Origin: Silicimonas sp.
Lineage (GTDB): Bacteria; Pseudomonadota; Alphaproteobacteria; Rhodobacterales; Rhodobacteraceae
Length of the DNA stretch: 64,000 bases
Assembly (NCBI GenBank): GCA_013002465.1
Contig: JABDJO010000067.1
Span: 461-64,460 of the forward strand
Direction: 5' to 3'
Shown here: positions 36,474 to 46,619 of the stretch, piece by piece
Position numbering within the stretch: position 1 is the stretch's first letter
Layout of the letters: each line of letters begins with the position of its first letter
Made by a program: the position numbers and the translations under genes
Notes under the pieces: generated by a model
Databases searched by the model: none
Told to the model about the DNA's origin: nothing
Seen by the model: only the letters and a program-made list of their open reading frames with translations

Positions 36474-38942
36474 TTAGCCTCCCATGACCCTTGGCAGCCA
36501 AAGAACAAGCTGGGGGAACATCAAAAGCAGGATCAGCCCGAAAAGCTGGACCAGCATGAATTGCATCATGCCAAGGTAGATGTCTTTCAGATCCCAATTT
36601 GGCACAACGCCCTTCAGGAAGTACGCCGAAAGCGCCACCGGCGGACTGAGCCATGCTGTTTGCAGGTTCACCGCCACAAGGATTCCGAACCAGACCATCA
36701 TGTCATACCGCTCAAGCCCATGCAGCGAGAGCACCTCGATGGTGGGCAAAAGGATTGGAACAACGATCAGAACGATCGGCACCCACTCCAATGGCCATCC
36801 CAAGAGAAAGATCAGCGCCATGATCATGAGCAAGACCATGAACGGCGATATATCAAGCCCAAGCAATAGCTCGGTCATCATCTTCGGTGTTCCAAGCGCG
36901 CTGAACTCTGCTCCAAAGAAGTTCGACGCGGCCACCAGGAACATGATCAGCACCGTGATTTCCAGCGCCTTGATCAAGCTGTCAAAGAAGCTTGGAATAG
37001 AGAACTTGCGGTACCCGACAGATAGCAGGATTGCACCAAACGCCCCCATGGCGGCCGCCTCGGCAGGTGTTGCAAATCCAAAGAGGATCGAACCCAAGGC
37101 GAAGGAAATCAGGATCGTGGGCGGCATGAGCCCGGCAAAGAACTCATCCCAAAGATCCGAGAAATAGAAGCTTTCGTCAGCGTCCGTGCCATAGATTGGC
37201 CGGGCGAGCACAGCCAACAGGATCATGAACGCGGCAAGGATGATCGACCAGATGGGCAAGCCGCCATCGTCACCCAGGTTCGCAAAGATCATATAGACGT
37301 GGAACAGGACGGCGATCGGCAGAACGATCCGCAGAACGCTCAGCTTGCGATAGGCGGCATAGGCCACCGCCAAGGTTATCACCAAGACGATCAGGCCACC
37401 GAACGGCACCAACCCGCCGAAAGCACCCCCCATGCCAAGACCAAAGACACGGCACACCGTCAGGACGCCAAGGCAGATCAATGCAACTTCGGCCCCATAG
37501 AATTTAGAGGTCTCAGGTTGATCTTCTTCAGCAAGAATGGGCCCCAGGCTTGGGTTCAGCCAGCATCGACCCAGCGTGTAGATCAGGTAAAGCGAGGCCA
37601 GAAGGGCCCCGGGGATGAATGCTCCGCGGAACAGATCCAGAGTGGACACTTCCAACACAGGCCCCATGACAATCAACATGATCGACGGCGGGATCAGGAT
37701 GCCCAAAGTACCGCCGGCCGTGATGGTTCCTGCCGCCAGCTTCACGTCATATCCTGATCGGCTCATCGTCGCGCCCGCCATGATGCCAAGAAGCGTGACC
37801 GATGCACCAACGATGCCGGTTGCCGCCGCAAAGATGGTCGACACGATCAGAACGGCGATGAAAAGCGCTCCGCGCACACGCGCCATGATCATTTGAATGG
37901 ACGCGAACAAGCGCTCCATCAATCCGGCCGCTTCCATCACGATGCCCATCAGGACGAACAAAGGCACCGCCATAAGCTGATCGTTCAGCATGGTCGAGTT
38001 GGTGTTCAACGTCATCAGAAGCGTCGTGAGTTTGAAATTCGCGCCCCAGATACCGAACACGAAGGCCAGGAAGATCAGCGTGAACGAGATCGGAAAACCG
38101 ATGAAGATCACGAACAGCATCGCACCCAGCATGATCAATCCGATGGTCGGTTTATCCAGGTTCGGACGGGCGCTCATCGCCTCGGTAAACCACGCGCCAC
38201 CCGGGACAATGTCCGGTGCAAAGATCGCCAGGACCAGCCAGATCAGCCCGATCAGATAGATCGGCAGGAACCGTACAAACCAGCGCTCGCGCTCTTTGCC
38301 CATCTTGTGGAAAGCGCGGAAAACCTCCGGAATGCCCTGCAGCATCAACAGGAAACCACCGACGGGCATGGCCGTGCGCGCAGGCCACAGCAGCGGGCCC
38401 CAGGCGCTATCGACCGCCATGGTTTCGCCGGTTGAATAGGCCAGCCACCAGAACTGTGCCGCAACGATCGTAAAGAAGATCATCGAAGGCATGAAGAACA
38501 ACAGGTACAGCGTGGCATCGACCGTTGCCTGCGTCTTGTTCGACCAGAACCGATAAAGGAAATCCGCCCGGATATGCACGCCGCGCATCAGACCGTAACC
38601 GGCGGCGGCCATGAACAGCACGCCTGCAATCATTCGGCTGGTGTCATAAACCCAAAGCGTGGGCCCAAGCCCAAGGGAGCGCGCAAGGTCCTCCAACCCG
38701 GCGTTCTGGAAAAGCGCGAACGAGTTGCGCGAGAAAACCTCGAACACCACCACCACGATCAGCGGCACCATCAAAAGAGCGATCGCCTGACCCGCGCGAT
38801 AGTTTATCACGTCGATGACCGCCGTGATCGGACGCTGCCAGGCCGTCATGTCCTCGGGCGTTTCACCGGGGGCTTCGGCGCGTCGTTCCGCGATAAGCTC
38901 GTCGGCGATTTCCAGGTCGTCTGGATTCGGTTCGTCTGCCAT
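36474..38942 (-). CDS. TRAP transporter fused small+large permease (DctQ-DctM fusion, 822 aa)
   Basis: Acidic N-terminal tail, then a DctQ-like four-helix module, then a DctM-like module. RBS GGGAGGG. Confidence 0.9.
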   Translation of the reverse strand: MADEPNPDDLEIADELIAERRAEAPGETPEDMTAWQRPITAVIDVINYRAGQAIALLMVPLIVVVVFEVFSRNSFALFQNAGLEDLARSLGLGPTLWVYDTSRMIAGVLFMAAAGYGLMRGVHIRADFLYRFWSNKTQATVDATLYLLFFMPSMIFFTIVAAQFWWLAYSTGETMAVDSAWGPLLWPARTAMPVGGFLLMLQGIPEVFRAFHKMGKERERWFVRFLPIYLIGLIWLVLAIFAPDIVPGGAWFTEAMSARPNLDKPTIGLIMLGAMLFVIFIGFPISFTLIFLAFVFGIWGANFKLTTLLMTLNTNSTMLNDQLMAVPLFVLMGIVMEAAGLMERLFASIQMIMARVRGALFIAVLIVSTIFAAATGIVGASVTLLGIMAGATMSRSGYDVKLAAGTITAGGTLGILIPPSIMLIVMGPVLEVSTLDLFRGAFIPGALLASLYLIYTLGRCWLNPSLGPILAEEDQPETSKFYGAEVALICLGVLTVCRVFGLGMGGAFGGLVPFGGLIVLVITLAVAYAAYRKLSVLRIVLPIAVLFHVYMIFANLGDDGGLPIWSIILAAFMILLAVLARPIYGTDADESFYFSDLWDEFFAGLMPPTILISFALGSILFGFATPAEAAAMGAFGAILLSVGYRKFSIPSFFDSLIKALEITVLIMFLVAASNFFGAEFSALGTPKMMTELLLGLDISPFMVLLMIMALIFLLGWPLEWVPIVLIVVPILLPTIEVLSLHGLERYDMMVWFGILVAVNLQTAWLSPPVALSAYFLKGVVPNWDLKDIYLGMMQFMLVQLFGLILLLMFPQLVLWLPRVMGG

Positions 38943-39027
38943 GCGGTGATCCCTCCCGTCGACGTGGATTAGGTATCCACGTTCTTATTTTCGAAACGCC
39001 GGGCAATGGCGCTTGGAAAAGAAGAAC

Positions 39028-39054
39028 GAACGGGCCCTTGGCAAGGGCCCGTTC
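39028..39054 (-). terminator. intercistronic 12-bp perfect hairpin (attenuator/partial terminator) after the TRAP SBP gene
   Basis: GAACGGGCCCTT-ggc-AAGGGCCCGTTC, followed on the minus strand by GTTCTTCTTTTCC. A second hairpin, ACGTGGAT-taggt-ATCCACGT, lies at 38962-38982. Confidence 0.5.
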
Positions 39055-39064
39055 TGATCTCAGA

Positions 39065-40165
39065 TCACTTCAGCGTATCAGCGAACGCACGCCCAAGGTT
39101 CGCGTTCGATGTTTGGGCACCGGCCCAGAACGGAACTGCGATTTCCGCAAAGTCCTTCTGCGACTGCCAAACCTCTGCAAAGAACGCGTTCTCGTCTGCT
39201 GCAGCCTGAAGCGCCTTGTTGGCTGCCGCCGAATACTCGGTGAAGTAGTCAGCTGGAGTGTCCTCAAGGATAACACCGTGGTTTTCGGTGAGGTCCTTCA
39301 GCGCTTTACCGTTTTCATAGATGCGGTAGGAAAGCGACTTCGAAAGCGAGGCGTTGGCCGCCACTTCAAGCGCTTTCTGCTCGGTCTCGGTCAGGCTGTC
39401 ATAGAAGTCACGGTTCACGTACATGTCCGCGTTCACGGTGACCTGGTGCAGGCCTTGCAGATAGTAGTGCTTCAGAACCTTCTGAAAGCCAAATACGCTG
39501 TCAGGTTTCGGGCAGCACCATTCGGCTGCGTCGATGGTGCCCTTTTCCAAAGCCGGCAGGATGTCACCGCCGCCCATGGCAACTGCCGGAACACCGATGT
39601 CAGCATAGGCCGCGCCAACCATGCCCGGAGGGGCGCGGAAGCGCATCTGACGGAAGTCGTCCATCGATTCAATCGGCTTCGGGAACCAGCCCAAAGCTTC
39701 CGGGCCAACCGGCTGCAGCATGAAGCCTTTGACGTTTACGCCCATTTCGTCCCAGAGACGGTCGTAAAGTTCCTTGCCGCCGCCAAATTGGAACCAGCTG
39801 AGGAACGCGATGTTGTCAAGGCCGACACCGGCACCGGCAACGGGCGCACCAAAGAGGTTGGCTGCAACGTGCTTGCCGCCCCAATAGTGGGTCCAGGCAA
39901 ATCCGCCTTCGACAAGACCGGCATCCACCGCGTCCATGATGTCGCGCGGGCCGACAACGGCGCCCGCAGGCAGAACTTCGATGGTCAGCGACCCACCTGT
40001 CAAGGCTGCGACGTCCTTGCCGAACTCGTTCAGCATGACGACCTCGTCCGCCGTGTTCGGCAGCACCGACTGAATGCGCAGGACCTTTTCGGCCCAGGCC
40101 GTTCCGGCCATCATCGCAACGCCCAGGGCGGTCGCTGTGGCCACTTTTGTTAGTTTAGAAAACAT
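39065..40165 (-). CDS. TRAP transporter substrate-binding protein (DctP-type, mannitol/chloroaromatic-class)
   Basis: Signal peptide MFSKLTKVATATALGVAMMAGTAWA. 366 aa. RBS GGGAGGA. Confidence 0.9.
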   Translation of the reverse strand: MFSKLTKVATATALGVAMMAGTAWAEKVLRIQSVLPNTADEVVMLNEFGKDVAALTGGSLTIEVLPAGAVVGPRDIMDAVDAGLVEGGFAWTHYWGGKHVAANLFGAPVAGAGVGLDNIAFLSWFQFGGGKELYDRLWDEMGVNVKGFMLQPVGPEALGWFPKPIESMDDFRQMRFRAPPGMVGAAYADIGVPAVAMGGGDILPALEKGTIDAAEWCCPKPDSVFGFQKVLKHYYLQGLHQVTVNADMYVNRDFYDSLTETEQKALEVAANASLSKSLSYRIYENGKALKDLTENHGVILEDTPADYFTEYSAAANKALQAAADENAFFAEVWQSQKDFAEIAVPFWAGAQTSNANLGRAFADTLK

Positions 40166-40244
40166 CTGTTTCCTCCCAGTTGATTGCCTTCTTCCTTAGT
40201 CGAGAAATAGTCCGGGCAGTGAAGGCATATGCCCCGGTATTTCG

Positions 40245-40910
40245 TTAGTGTCCTTTTCCTAATTCCCAGCCTTCGATCAGACCGAGCATGGGGCCCACGC
40301 CGTAGGAGGCATCGAAGATGCCCCTGAACAGCATTTCGCCCGCGACATAGATCAGCACCACAAGACCCAACCAGGAAATCCATGGGTAACGGGTGAGGAT
40401 CTTCATGATCATCGTGGCCGCGAAGGCCATCAGCAGGATCGCCAGGCCAAGGCCGAAGACCAGAAGTTTGGTGTCTCCGTCGGCGATGGCGGCGACCGCA
40501 AGAACATTGTCCAGCGACATCGAGACATCGGCGATGGTGATCGTCCAGAGCGCCTGACGCAGGGTGCGGCGCGGCGGGCCGGTATAGCCGGCTTCGGGGT
40601 TTTCGGCGGCTTCCAGGGCAAGCTCGGCTTCCTCATCGATGCCTTCGCGTATTTCGTGGTAAAGCCGCCAGCAGACCCAGCAAAGAAGCAGACCTCCAAT
40701 AAAAAGAAGGCCGGGCACCGCCAGCAGCTTGGTCGCGATGACGGCAAAGGCAATGCGCAAAAGCGCCGCGATCACCATACCGTACATGATGGCGCGGGCG
40801 CGAAGTTCTGGCGAGAGACCGGCGGCCGCCATGCCGATGATCAGGGCATTGTCGCCCGACAGGATCAGGTCGGCAATGATGATCGCGCCTGCATCGAAGA
40901 GAAGTTCCAT
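40245..40910 (-). CDS. TerC/YjbE-family integral membrane protein
   Basis: LILSGDNALIIG and a repeated MSLDNVLAVAAIA motif. 221 aa. Its ATG directly follows the upstream TAA (TAAATG). Confidence 0.85.
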   Translation of the reverse strand: MELLFDAGAIIIADLILSGDNALIIGMAAAGLSPELRARAIMYGMVIAALLRIAFAVIATKLLAVPGLLFIGGLLLCWVCWRLYHEIREGIDEEAELALEAAENPEAGYTGPPRRTLRQALWTITIADVSMSLDNVLAVAAIADGDTKLLVFGLGLAILLMAFAATMIMKILTRYPWISWLGLVVLIYVAGEMLFRGIFDASYGVGPMLGLIEGWELGKGH

Positions 40911-42551
40911 TTACTGCGCCGCCGTTTCTAAGGGTTCTTGTTGTTTGGTGGATGCGACGCGCGCGTCTTCCAGGATCATATCCGAGGCCTTTTCGCCAAT
41001 CATGATCGCAGGTGCATTCGTGTTGCCCGAAACAATTCGCGGCATGATCGAGGCGTCTGCAACCCGAAGGCCCCGAAGCCCGCGCACGCGCAGGCGCTCG
41101 TCGACGACGGCCATCGGGTCGTTGCCCATTTTGCAGGTGCCGGTCGGGTGATAGATCGTCGTTGCGTTGCTGCGCGCCCAATCCAGGATGGCGGCATCAT
41201 CGTCGTCAGCCACCGACGTGCCGGGCGTGTATTCTTCGGTGATGACTTCGGCCACCGGGCTTTGGCGGGCGATTTTACGGGCCACCCGGATGCCGGCGAC
41301 GATCGTGTCCTGATCCGTTTTGGTTGCCAGATAATTCGGGTGGATCGCCGGATGGTCGTGCATGTGGGGCGATTTCAGTTCCAAGTGTCCCGTGCTTTCA
41401 GGGCGAAGTTGCAGGACACTTGCCGTGAAAGCGTTGAAATCATGCGGTTTGTTGATCTTGGTCGAAGCCGAGAACGGTTGCACATGAAACTGGATATCCG
41501 GGGTTTCCAGATCGGGTCGGGTTTTCAGGAATGCGGTGCCAAGCGAGGCGGCCATGGTCATCGGACCGGTGCGGGTGGCCGCGTAATGCAGCGCGATAAG
41601 CCCCTGTTTGAAAAGATTGTTGATTTCGGTGTTGATGGTCGACAGCGTGGTTTTATAGATCGGCCGGGCTTGCAGGTGATCCTGAAGGTTCTTGCCCACG
41701 CCCGGAAGGTCGGCAACGACGTCGATCCCGTGGGATTGCAAGTCGTCCGCCGCTCCGATCCCCGAGACCATCAGAAGTTGCGGCGAAGCAAGCGCGCCCG
41801 CCGACAGAATGACCTCGTGACGGGCGTGAATGGTCTGCGATCGTCCCTCGAACCGCACCTGCACGCCCGTCACTTGGCGCCCGTCGAGGATCAGTTTCTC
41901 GGCGGGGCATTTCGTCAGTATGGTCAGGTTGTCCCGCTTTTTTGCGGGCTTCAGATATGCCACGGCTGACGAACAGCGACGCCCATTTCTGAGCGTCAGT
42001 TGAAAATGGCCGACACCTTCCTGGTCGGCTCCGTTGTAATCCGGGTTGGCGGGATAGCCTGCGTTCACCGCTGCTTCGATCCAGCGGTCGACGACTTCGC
42101 GGCGGACGGCCGAATCCGACACCGTCAGCGGGCCGTCGGTGCCCCGGATATCCGGGTCCCCGCCTGCATAGCTTTCCGAGCGCTTGAACAGCGGCAGAAT
42201 ATCGTCCCAGCCCCATCCGGTGTTCCCAAGCTGGCGCCAATGGTCATAGTCCTGCGGTTGCCCGCGCACATAGAGAAGTCCGTTGATCGAACTGGACCCG
42301 CCCAGCACCTTGCCGCGCGGCCATTTCAAGGAACGTCCATTCAACCCGGGGTCGGGTTCGGTTTCATAGCACCAGTCGGTGTTGGGGTTTCCCATGGTCT
42401 TGAAGTAGCCGACGGGGATGTGAATCCAAGGGTAGGTGTCGCGACCTCCTGCCTCTAGAATCGCGACCGAGTGCCTGCCATTTGCGGAAAGTCGATTCGC
42501 CAAAGCGCATCCAGCAGAGCCGGCGCCAACAATGACGAAGTCAAATTCCAC
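40911..42551 (-). CDS. GMC-family FAD oxidoreductase (choline-dehydrogenase-like)
   Basis: FDFVIVGAGSAGCALANRLS, GKVLGGSSSINGLLYVRG, and the C-terminal HPTGTCKMG. GTG start. Confidence 0.9.
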   Translation of the reverse strand: MEFDFVIVGAGSAGCALANRLSANGRHSVAILEAGGRDTYPWIHIPVGYFKTMGNPNTDWCYETEPDPGLNGRSLKWPRGKVLGGSSSINGLLYVRGQPQDYDHWRQLGNTGWGWDDILPLFKRSESYAGGDPDIRGTDGPLTVSDSAVRREVVDRWIEAAVNAGYPANPDYNGADQEGVGHFQLTLRNGRRCSSAVAYLKPAKKRDNLTILTKCPAEKLILDGRQVTGVQVRFEGRSQTIHARHEVILSAGALASPQLLMVSGIGAADDLQSHGIDVVADLPGVGKNLQDHLQARPIYKTTLSTINTEINNLFKQGLIALHYAATRTGPMTMAASLGTAFLKTRPDLETPDIQFHVQPFSASTKINKPHDFNAFTASVLQLRPESTGHLELKSPHMHDHPAIHPNYLATKTDQDTIVAGIRVARKIARQSPVAEVITEEYTPGTSVADDDDAAILDWARSNATTIYHPTGTCKMGNDPMAVVDERLRVRGLRGLRVADASIMPRIVSGNTNAPAIMIGEKASDMILEDARVASTKQQEPLETAAQ

Positions 42552-42565
42552 TCATTTCCCCCCTG

Positions 42566-42583
42566 TTTGACATTTATGTCAAA
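42566..42583. promoter_or_regulatory. 18-bp palindrome TTTGACAT-TT-ATGTCAAA (candidate IclR operator)
   Basis: Lies in the AT-rich divergent region between the GMC oxidoreductase (start 42551) and the IclR gene (start 42665). A second inverted repeat, GAGAC-TTATT-GTCTC, lies at 42588-42602. Confidence 0.5.
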
Positions 42584-42664
42584 AACTGAGACTTATTGTC
42601 TCATTAAAACACAGCACCATGAAAATGCTATTGGTGCAAGTAAAATGACTCGCGGGGGGACACT

Positions 42665-43432
42665 ATGGCGGGCAGCAAAGGCGAGCGCATTCCGACCAAT
42701 CTGCGCGCCATGCGCATTCTTGAGGTCATGGGGCATCAGAAAGAGCCCCTTTCGGCAGCCGACATCGGGCGCTTGGTGGGCCTGCCCAAGCAGACCATCC
42801 ATCGCCTGTGCAACACGCTGGTCAAAGAAGGTTACCTGGCCCGCGACGAAAGCCGGGGGCACCTGCGGCCGGGGCGGCGGGGGCGCGACATGGCCTCGGG
42901 GATCCTGCATGTGTCGTCGTCGCATATTGCGCGCCACCAGATCCTGAAATCCGTTGCTGACGAAGTGGGGGAAACGGTGAACTTCGTCGTCCCCGAGGAT
43001 CAGGGCATGAGCTATCAGGACAGGGTCGAAACAAACTGGGCGTTTCGCATTCAGTTGCCGGTCGGCAGCCATGTACCTTTTCACTGTACCGCCAGCGGCA
43101 AGACCTTCCTGTCCACCCTGCCCAATGCCGAACGACGGCGGTTGGTCAATGTCATGTCGCTGACCGCCAACACGCCGTCTACGGTCACCCGGCCCGAGGA
43201 TTTGCTGAACGAGTTGAAGCTTATTGCGCGGCAGGGATATGCGCTGGACAACGAAGAGTTCGTCGAGGGCATGGTCGCGGTCGCGGTTCCGGTGCGTGAT
43301 CTCAGCGGGCGGTATTTTGCATCCCTGGCCGTGCATGGACCGGTGCAGCGCATGACCCTGGACCAGGCGATTGATCTTGCACCGATGCTGAGCGAGGCCT
43401 CGGAAAAGCTGACGACGGTGATCTGTGGATAG
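42665..43432 (+). CDS. IclR-family transcriptional regulator
   Basis: wHTH AADIGRLVGLPKQTIHRLCNTLVKEGYL followed by an IclR effector domain. Confidence 0.9.
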   Translation: MAGSKGERIPTNLRAMRILEVMGHQKEPLSAADIGRLVGLPKQTIHRLCNTLVKEGYLARDESRGHLRPGRRGRDMASGILHVSSSHIARHQILKSVADEVGETVNFVVPEDQGMSYQDRVETNWAFRIQLPVGSHVPFHCTASGKTFLSTLPNAERRRLVNVMSLTANTPSTVTRPEDLLNELKLIARQGYALDNEEFVEGMVAVAVPVRDLSGRYFASLAVHGPVQRMTLDQAIDLAPMLSEASEKLTTVICG

Positions 43433-43435
43433 CGT

Positions 43436-43843
43436 CTAGCGGACGACCAGCACGCTTTGACTGGCGTGGCGCGCAATACGGGCGGCGTTCGGTCCGAAAA
43501 GGTAATCTTTCAGTTCCGGTCGCTGCGCACCGACAACGATGGCGTCGGCGCCAACGTGGTCGGCCACCTTCAGAATGCAATCATAGACAGACCCCTGTCT
43601 TACATGGGGCGTTGCACCGGGAACATTCGCGTCCGTCCATTCGGTCAGCTTGACCTTCACTTCGTCCAGCATGGATTTCGAATGATCGGGCTGAAGTGCC
43701 ATTCCCACCATTGGCATGCCCAGGTCGGGCACCACGTTGACCACATGGATGGACGAAGCATGGAGCGCGTTCACGGCCTTTGCCAGGCGGTCGAGACCCG
43801 TCGTATCGTTCAGGTCGACGCCCAGGACTATTGTATCGAACAT
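43436..43843 (-). CDS. universal stress protein (UspA family)
   Basis: 135 aa. IVLGVDL..., GADAIVVGAQRPELKDYLFGPNAARIARHASQSVLVV. Confidence 0.85.
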   Translation of the reverse strand: MFDTIVLGVDLNDTTGLDRLAKAVNALHASSIHVVNVVPDLGMPMVGMALQPDHSKSMLDEVKVKLTEWTDANVPGATPHVRQGSVYDCILKVADHVGADAIVVGAQRPELKDYLFGPNAARIARHASQSVLVVR

Positions 43844-43855
43844 CTTTTTCGCTCC

Positions 43856-46480
43856 TCAGAATGCGGGCTGCGTGGCGCGGGGCCGCTGGATCATCACCAC
43901 ACCGGCAAGCAGCAGAAGTGCGGGGATAAAGAACAGCTCTTTTGGCATCCGCTCGTTTTCGACCTGCACCTTCGAGATCGTGACCTGTTCGTCGCCGTAG
44001 TAGTCGTATTCGACCCCTAGCGTTTCAAAGTGCGGCGTGCCGGGGAAGGGTTCTTCCATCACCAGCCTGTCGCCTTCTTCCAGAACCGTGAGGCCCTGTT
44101 CCTGCAAGGCCGCCATCGCGTCACCGGCAATGGCGGGCAGGGTTATGGTGGTCGGTCTAAGCTCTGCCGTGTCAAAATCGGGGCCCATGATGGTCAAGCG
44201 CACCTCTTCCCCATCCGGCGCCTCGCTCAGAAGTGCCAGGGCCGCGGGGCCTTCGGCTTCGGTGTATTTGTCACTGACCTGATCAAGGAAGAAATCCGGG
44301 CGGAACAGCATGAAGGCGATGAACAAAAGCGCCACGGTTTCGTACCATTTCGACTTGGCGATGAAGTACCCTTGGGTCGCTGCGGCGAACAAGAGCATGG
44401 CGGTCAGCGAGATGAAGAACACAAGCACCGCCTTTGCCAGGCCAACGTCGATCAGCAACAAGTCCGTGTTGAAGATGAACAGGAACGGCAGAAGTGCGGT
44501 TCGGATGTCATAGCCAAAGCCCTGGATACCGGTCTTGATCGGATCGCCGCGTGAAATGGCCGCCGCCGCATAGGCGGCAAGGCCAACGGGTGGCGTGTCG
44601 TCCGCCAGGATACCGAAATAGAAGACAAACATGTGAACCGCGATCAGGGGCACGATCAGGCCGGACTGGGCACCGACCGTAACGATGACCGGGGCCATCA
44701 GCGAAGACACGACGATGTAGTTCGCCGTGGTCGGCAGCCCCATACCAAGGATCAGTGACAGGACCGCCACCAGCACCAGAAGGATGATCAGGTTGCCGCC
44801 CGATATGACCTCGATCACCTGGCCAATGACCTGGTGGGCGCCGGTGAGGCTGATGGTGCCGACGATAACACCGGCTGCACCAGTTGCGACGCCGATCCCG
44901 ATCATGTTGCGCGCACCAAGGATCAGGCCCTGGACGAAATCGCCCCAGCCGTTGAAGAATTCGGTGTTAAGCCCTTCGCCACGGAAGACCGCCTTGATCG
45001 GTCGGTGCGTCAACGCGATGATGATCATGAAGATCGTGGCCCAGAATGCCGAAAGCGCCGGCGACAGGCGGTCAAGCGATTCCGTGCGCACCATCAGGTT
45101 CCAGATCAGGATCAGGATCGGGATTGCAAAGTAGAGACCCGAGATCAGGGTCGGGGTCAGACGCGGCGCGACCGGGGCGCCGTCGGTGTCGGTGTCCATT
45201 TCCAGATCGGGGTAACGCGCGGCGATCCCCAAAAGCACGACATAGGCCAGCGCGATGATCGCGACAGCGGCATAGACCGAGTTGCCCATGACCGGATCAA
45301 GGATCGCGCGCAACCCGATCATCAGGAAGCTGAGCACGCCGATCAGGATGAAACCTGACAGGAACAGGATCAGGATCATCAGGACGCCGATCTTGCGGCC
45401 CGGTTTTTTGAGACCTTCCAGTCCCATTTTCAGGCTTTCCAGATGCACGATGTACAAAAGCGCGATGTAGGAAATGACCGCAGGCAGGAAGGCGTGTTTG
45501 ACGACGTCGATGTAGGGAATGTTGACGTATTCGACCATCAGGAACGCCGCGGCCCCCATGACGGGAGGCGTCAGCTGACCGTTGGTGGACGAGGCGACTT
45601 CGACCGCGCCGGCTTTCTCGGCAGGAAATCCGATACGCTTCATCAAGGGGATCGTGAAGGTGCCGGTGGTGACGGTGTTCGCGATGGACGAACCCGAGAT
45701 CATTCCGGTCATCATCGAGGACAATACGCTGGCCTTGGCCGGGCCGCCGCGCAGGGCACCCAAAAGCGCGATGGCGACCTTGATGAACCAGTTGCCGCCC
45801 CCTGCCCTGTCCAAAAGCGCTCCGAACAGGACGAAGAGGAAGATCATCGTCGTCGAGACACCCAGGGCGACGCCAAAGACGCCCTCGGTCTGCATCCAGT
45901 AGTGGCCAAGGGCCTTTGACAGCGACGCGCCGCCATAGTTCGTGATGTTGCGCGCCCATTCCGAGTAACCGCCGAAAAAGGCGAAAAGCACGAAGCAACT
46001 GGCAATGATCACCAAGGGTAGCCCAAGCGAGCGATAAACCGAGACCATCAAGACGCCCATGCCAATGGCCGAAACGGTGACGTCGGTCGTGCTCCAGAGA
46101 CCCGGGCGGTCGGCGATCTGGAAGCGGAAGACCACCAAATAGAGGCAGGCCCCCACCCCGAGGATCAGCAAGGCCCAATCATAGGCCGGAATGCGGTCCC
46201 TGGGTGAGGTCTTGAACAGCGGAAAGGCAAGTGTTGCCAACATGATGGCAAAGGCGAGGTGGACGAAACGAGCCTGGGCGACGATGTTGGCGAAGATGCC
46301 GACGCCGGTTGCCTGGGCAACGATTCCGGGCAGTTTCGAGGCAATGTAAAGCTGGAACAACGACCAGGCGATGCAGGTCCCGATGATCAATTTGGCCTGC
46401 CATTCGATCGACGGGTTGCGTGCGCCGGTATCGGCTTCGGCCACCATGTCGTCTGCGGAACGATCCACCTCTGAACTCAT
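43856..46480 (-). CDS. TAXI-type TRAP transporter fused permease
   Basis: About 875-aa polytopic protein adjacent to a TAXI SBP. I preferred the ATG at 46480 (strong RBS GGGAGGGG) over the TTG at 46522. Confidence 0.9.
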   Translation of the reverse strand: MSSEVDRSADDMVAEADTGARNPSIEWQAKLIIGTCIAWSLFQLYIASKLPGIVAQATGVGIFANIVAQARFVHLAFAIMLATLAFPLFKTSPRDRIPAYDWALLILGVGACLYLVVFRFQIADRPGLWSTTDVTVSAIGMGVLMVSVYRSLGLPLVIIASCFVLFAFFGGYSEWARNITNYGGASLSKALGHYWMQTEGVFGVALGVSTTMIFLFVLFGALLDRAGGGNWFIKVAIALLGALRGGPAKASVLSSMMTGMISGSSIANTVTTGTFTIPLMKRIGFPAEKAGAVEVASSTNGQLTPPVMGAAAFLMVEYVNIPYIDVVKHAFLPAVISYIALLYIVHLESLKMGLEGLKKPGRKIGVLMILILFLSGFILIGVLSFLMIGLRAILDPVMGNSVYAAVAIIALAYVVLLGIAARYPDLEMDTDTDGAPVAPRLTPTLISGLYFAIPILILIWNLMVRTESLDRLSPALSAFWATIFMIIIALTHRPIKAVFRGEGLNTEFFNGWGDFVQGLILGARNMIGIGVATGAAGVIVGTISLTGAHQVIGQVIEVISGGNLIILLVLVAVLSLILGMGLPTTANYIVVSSLMAPVIVTVGAQSGLIVPLIAVHMFVFYFGILADDTPPVGLAAYAAAAISRGDPIKTGIQGFGYDIRTALLPFLFIFNTDLLLIDVGLAKAVLVFFISLTAMLLFAAATQGYFIAKSKWYETVALLFIAFMLFRPDFFLDQVSDKYTEAEGPAALALLSEAPDGEEVRLTIMGPDFDTAELRPTTITLPAIAGDAMAALQEQGLTVLEEGDRLVMEEPFPGTPHFETLGVEYDYYGDEQVTISKVQVENERMPKELFFIPALLLLAGVVMIQRPRATQPAF

Positions 46481-46619
46481 TCTGTCCCCTCCCGTCGCGT
46501 TTTCTTTTGTGTCTGGCGACAAGGCGTTTTCGTAACGCCCCGTGCGTGTCTTCTTTGGAAACTTCCCGACCCCTGGAAGATGACGCGCCCGAGGATTCCC
46601 CGGGCGCGTTTTGGCGTGA

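Noticed and set aside
36352-36654. 100-aa ORF spanning the 3' end of the TRAP permease gene and the intergenic region
   Set aside because: It overlaps the supported permease CDS in another frame and has no RBS or recognisable motif. The intergenic part is better explained by terminator-like palindromes.
40911-40960. Mn (yybP-ykoY) riboswitch upstream of the TerC-family gene
   Set aside because: There is no leader. The TerC start codon directly follows the stop of the GMC oxidoreductase gene, so no riboswitch can be accommodated.
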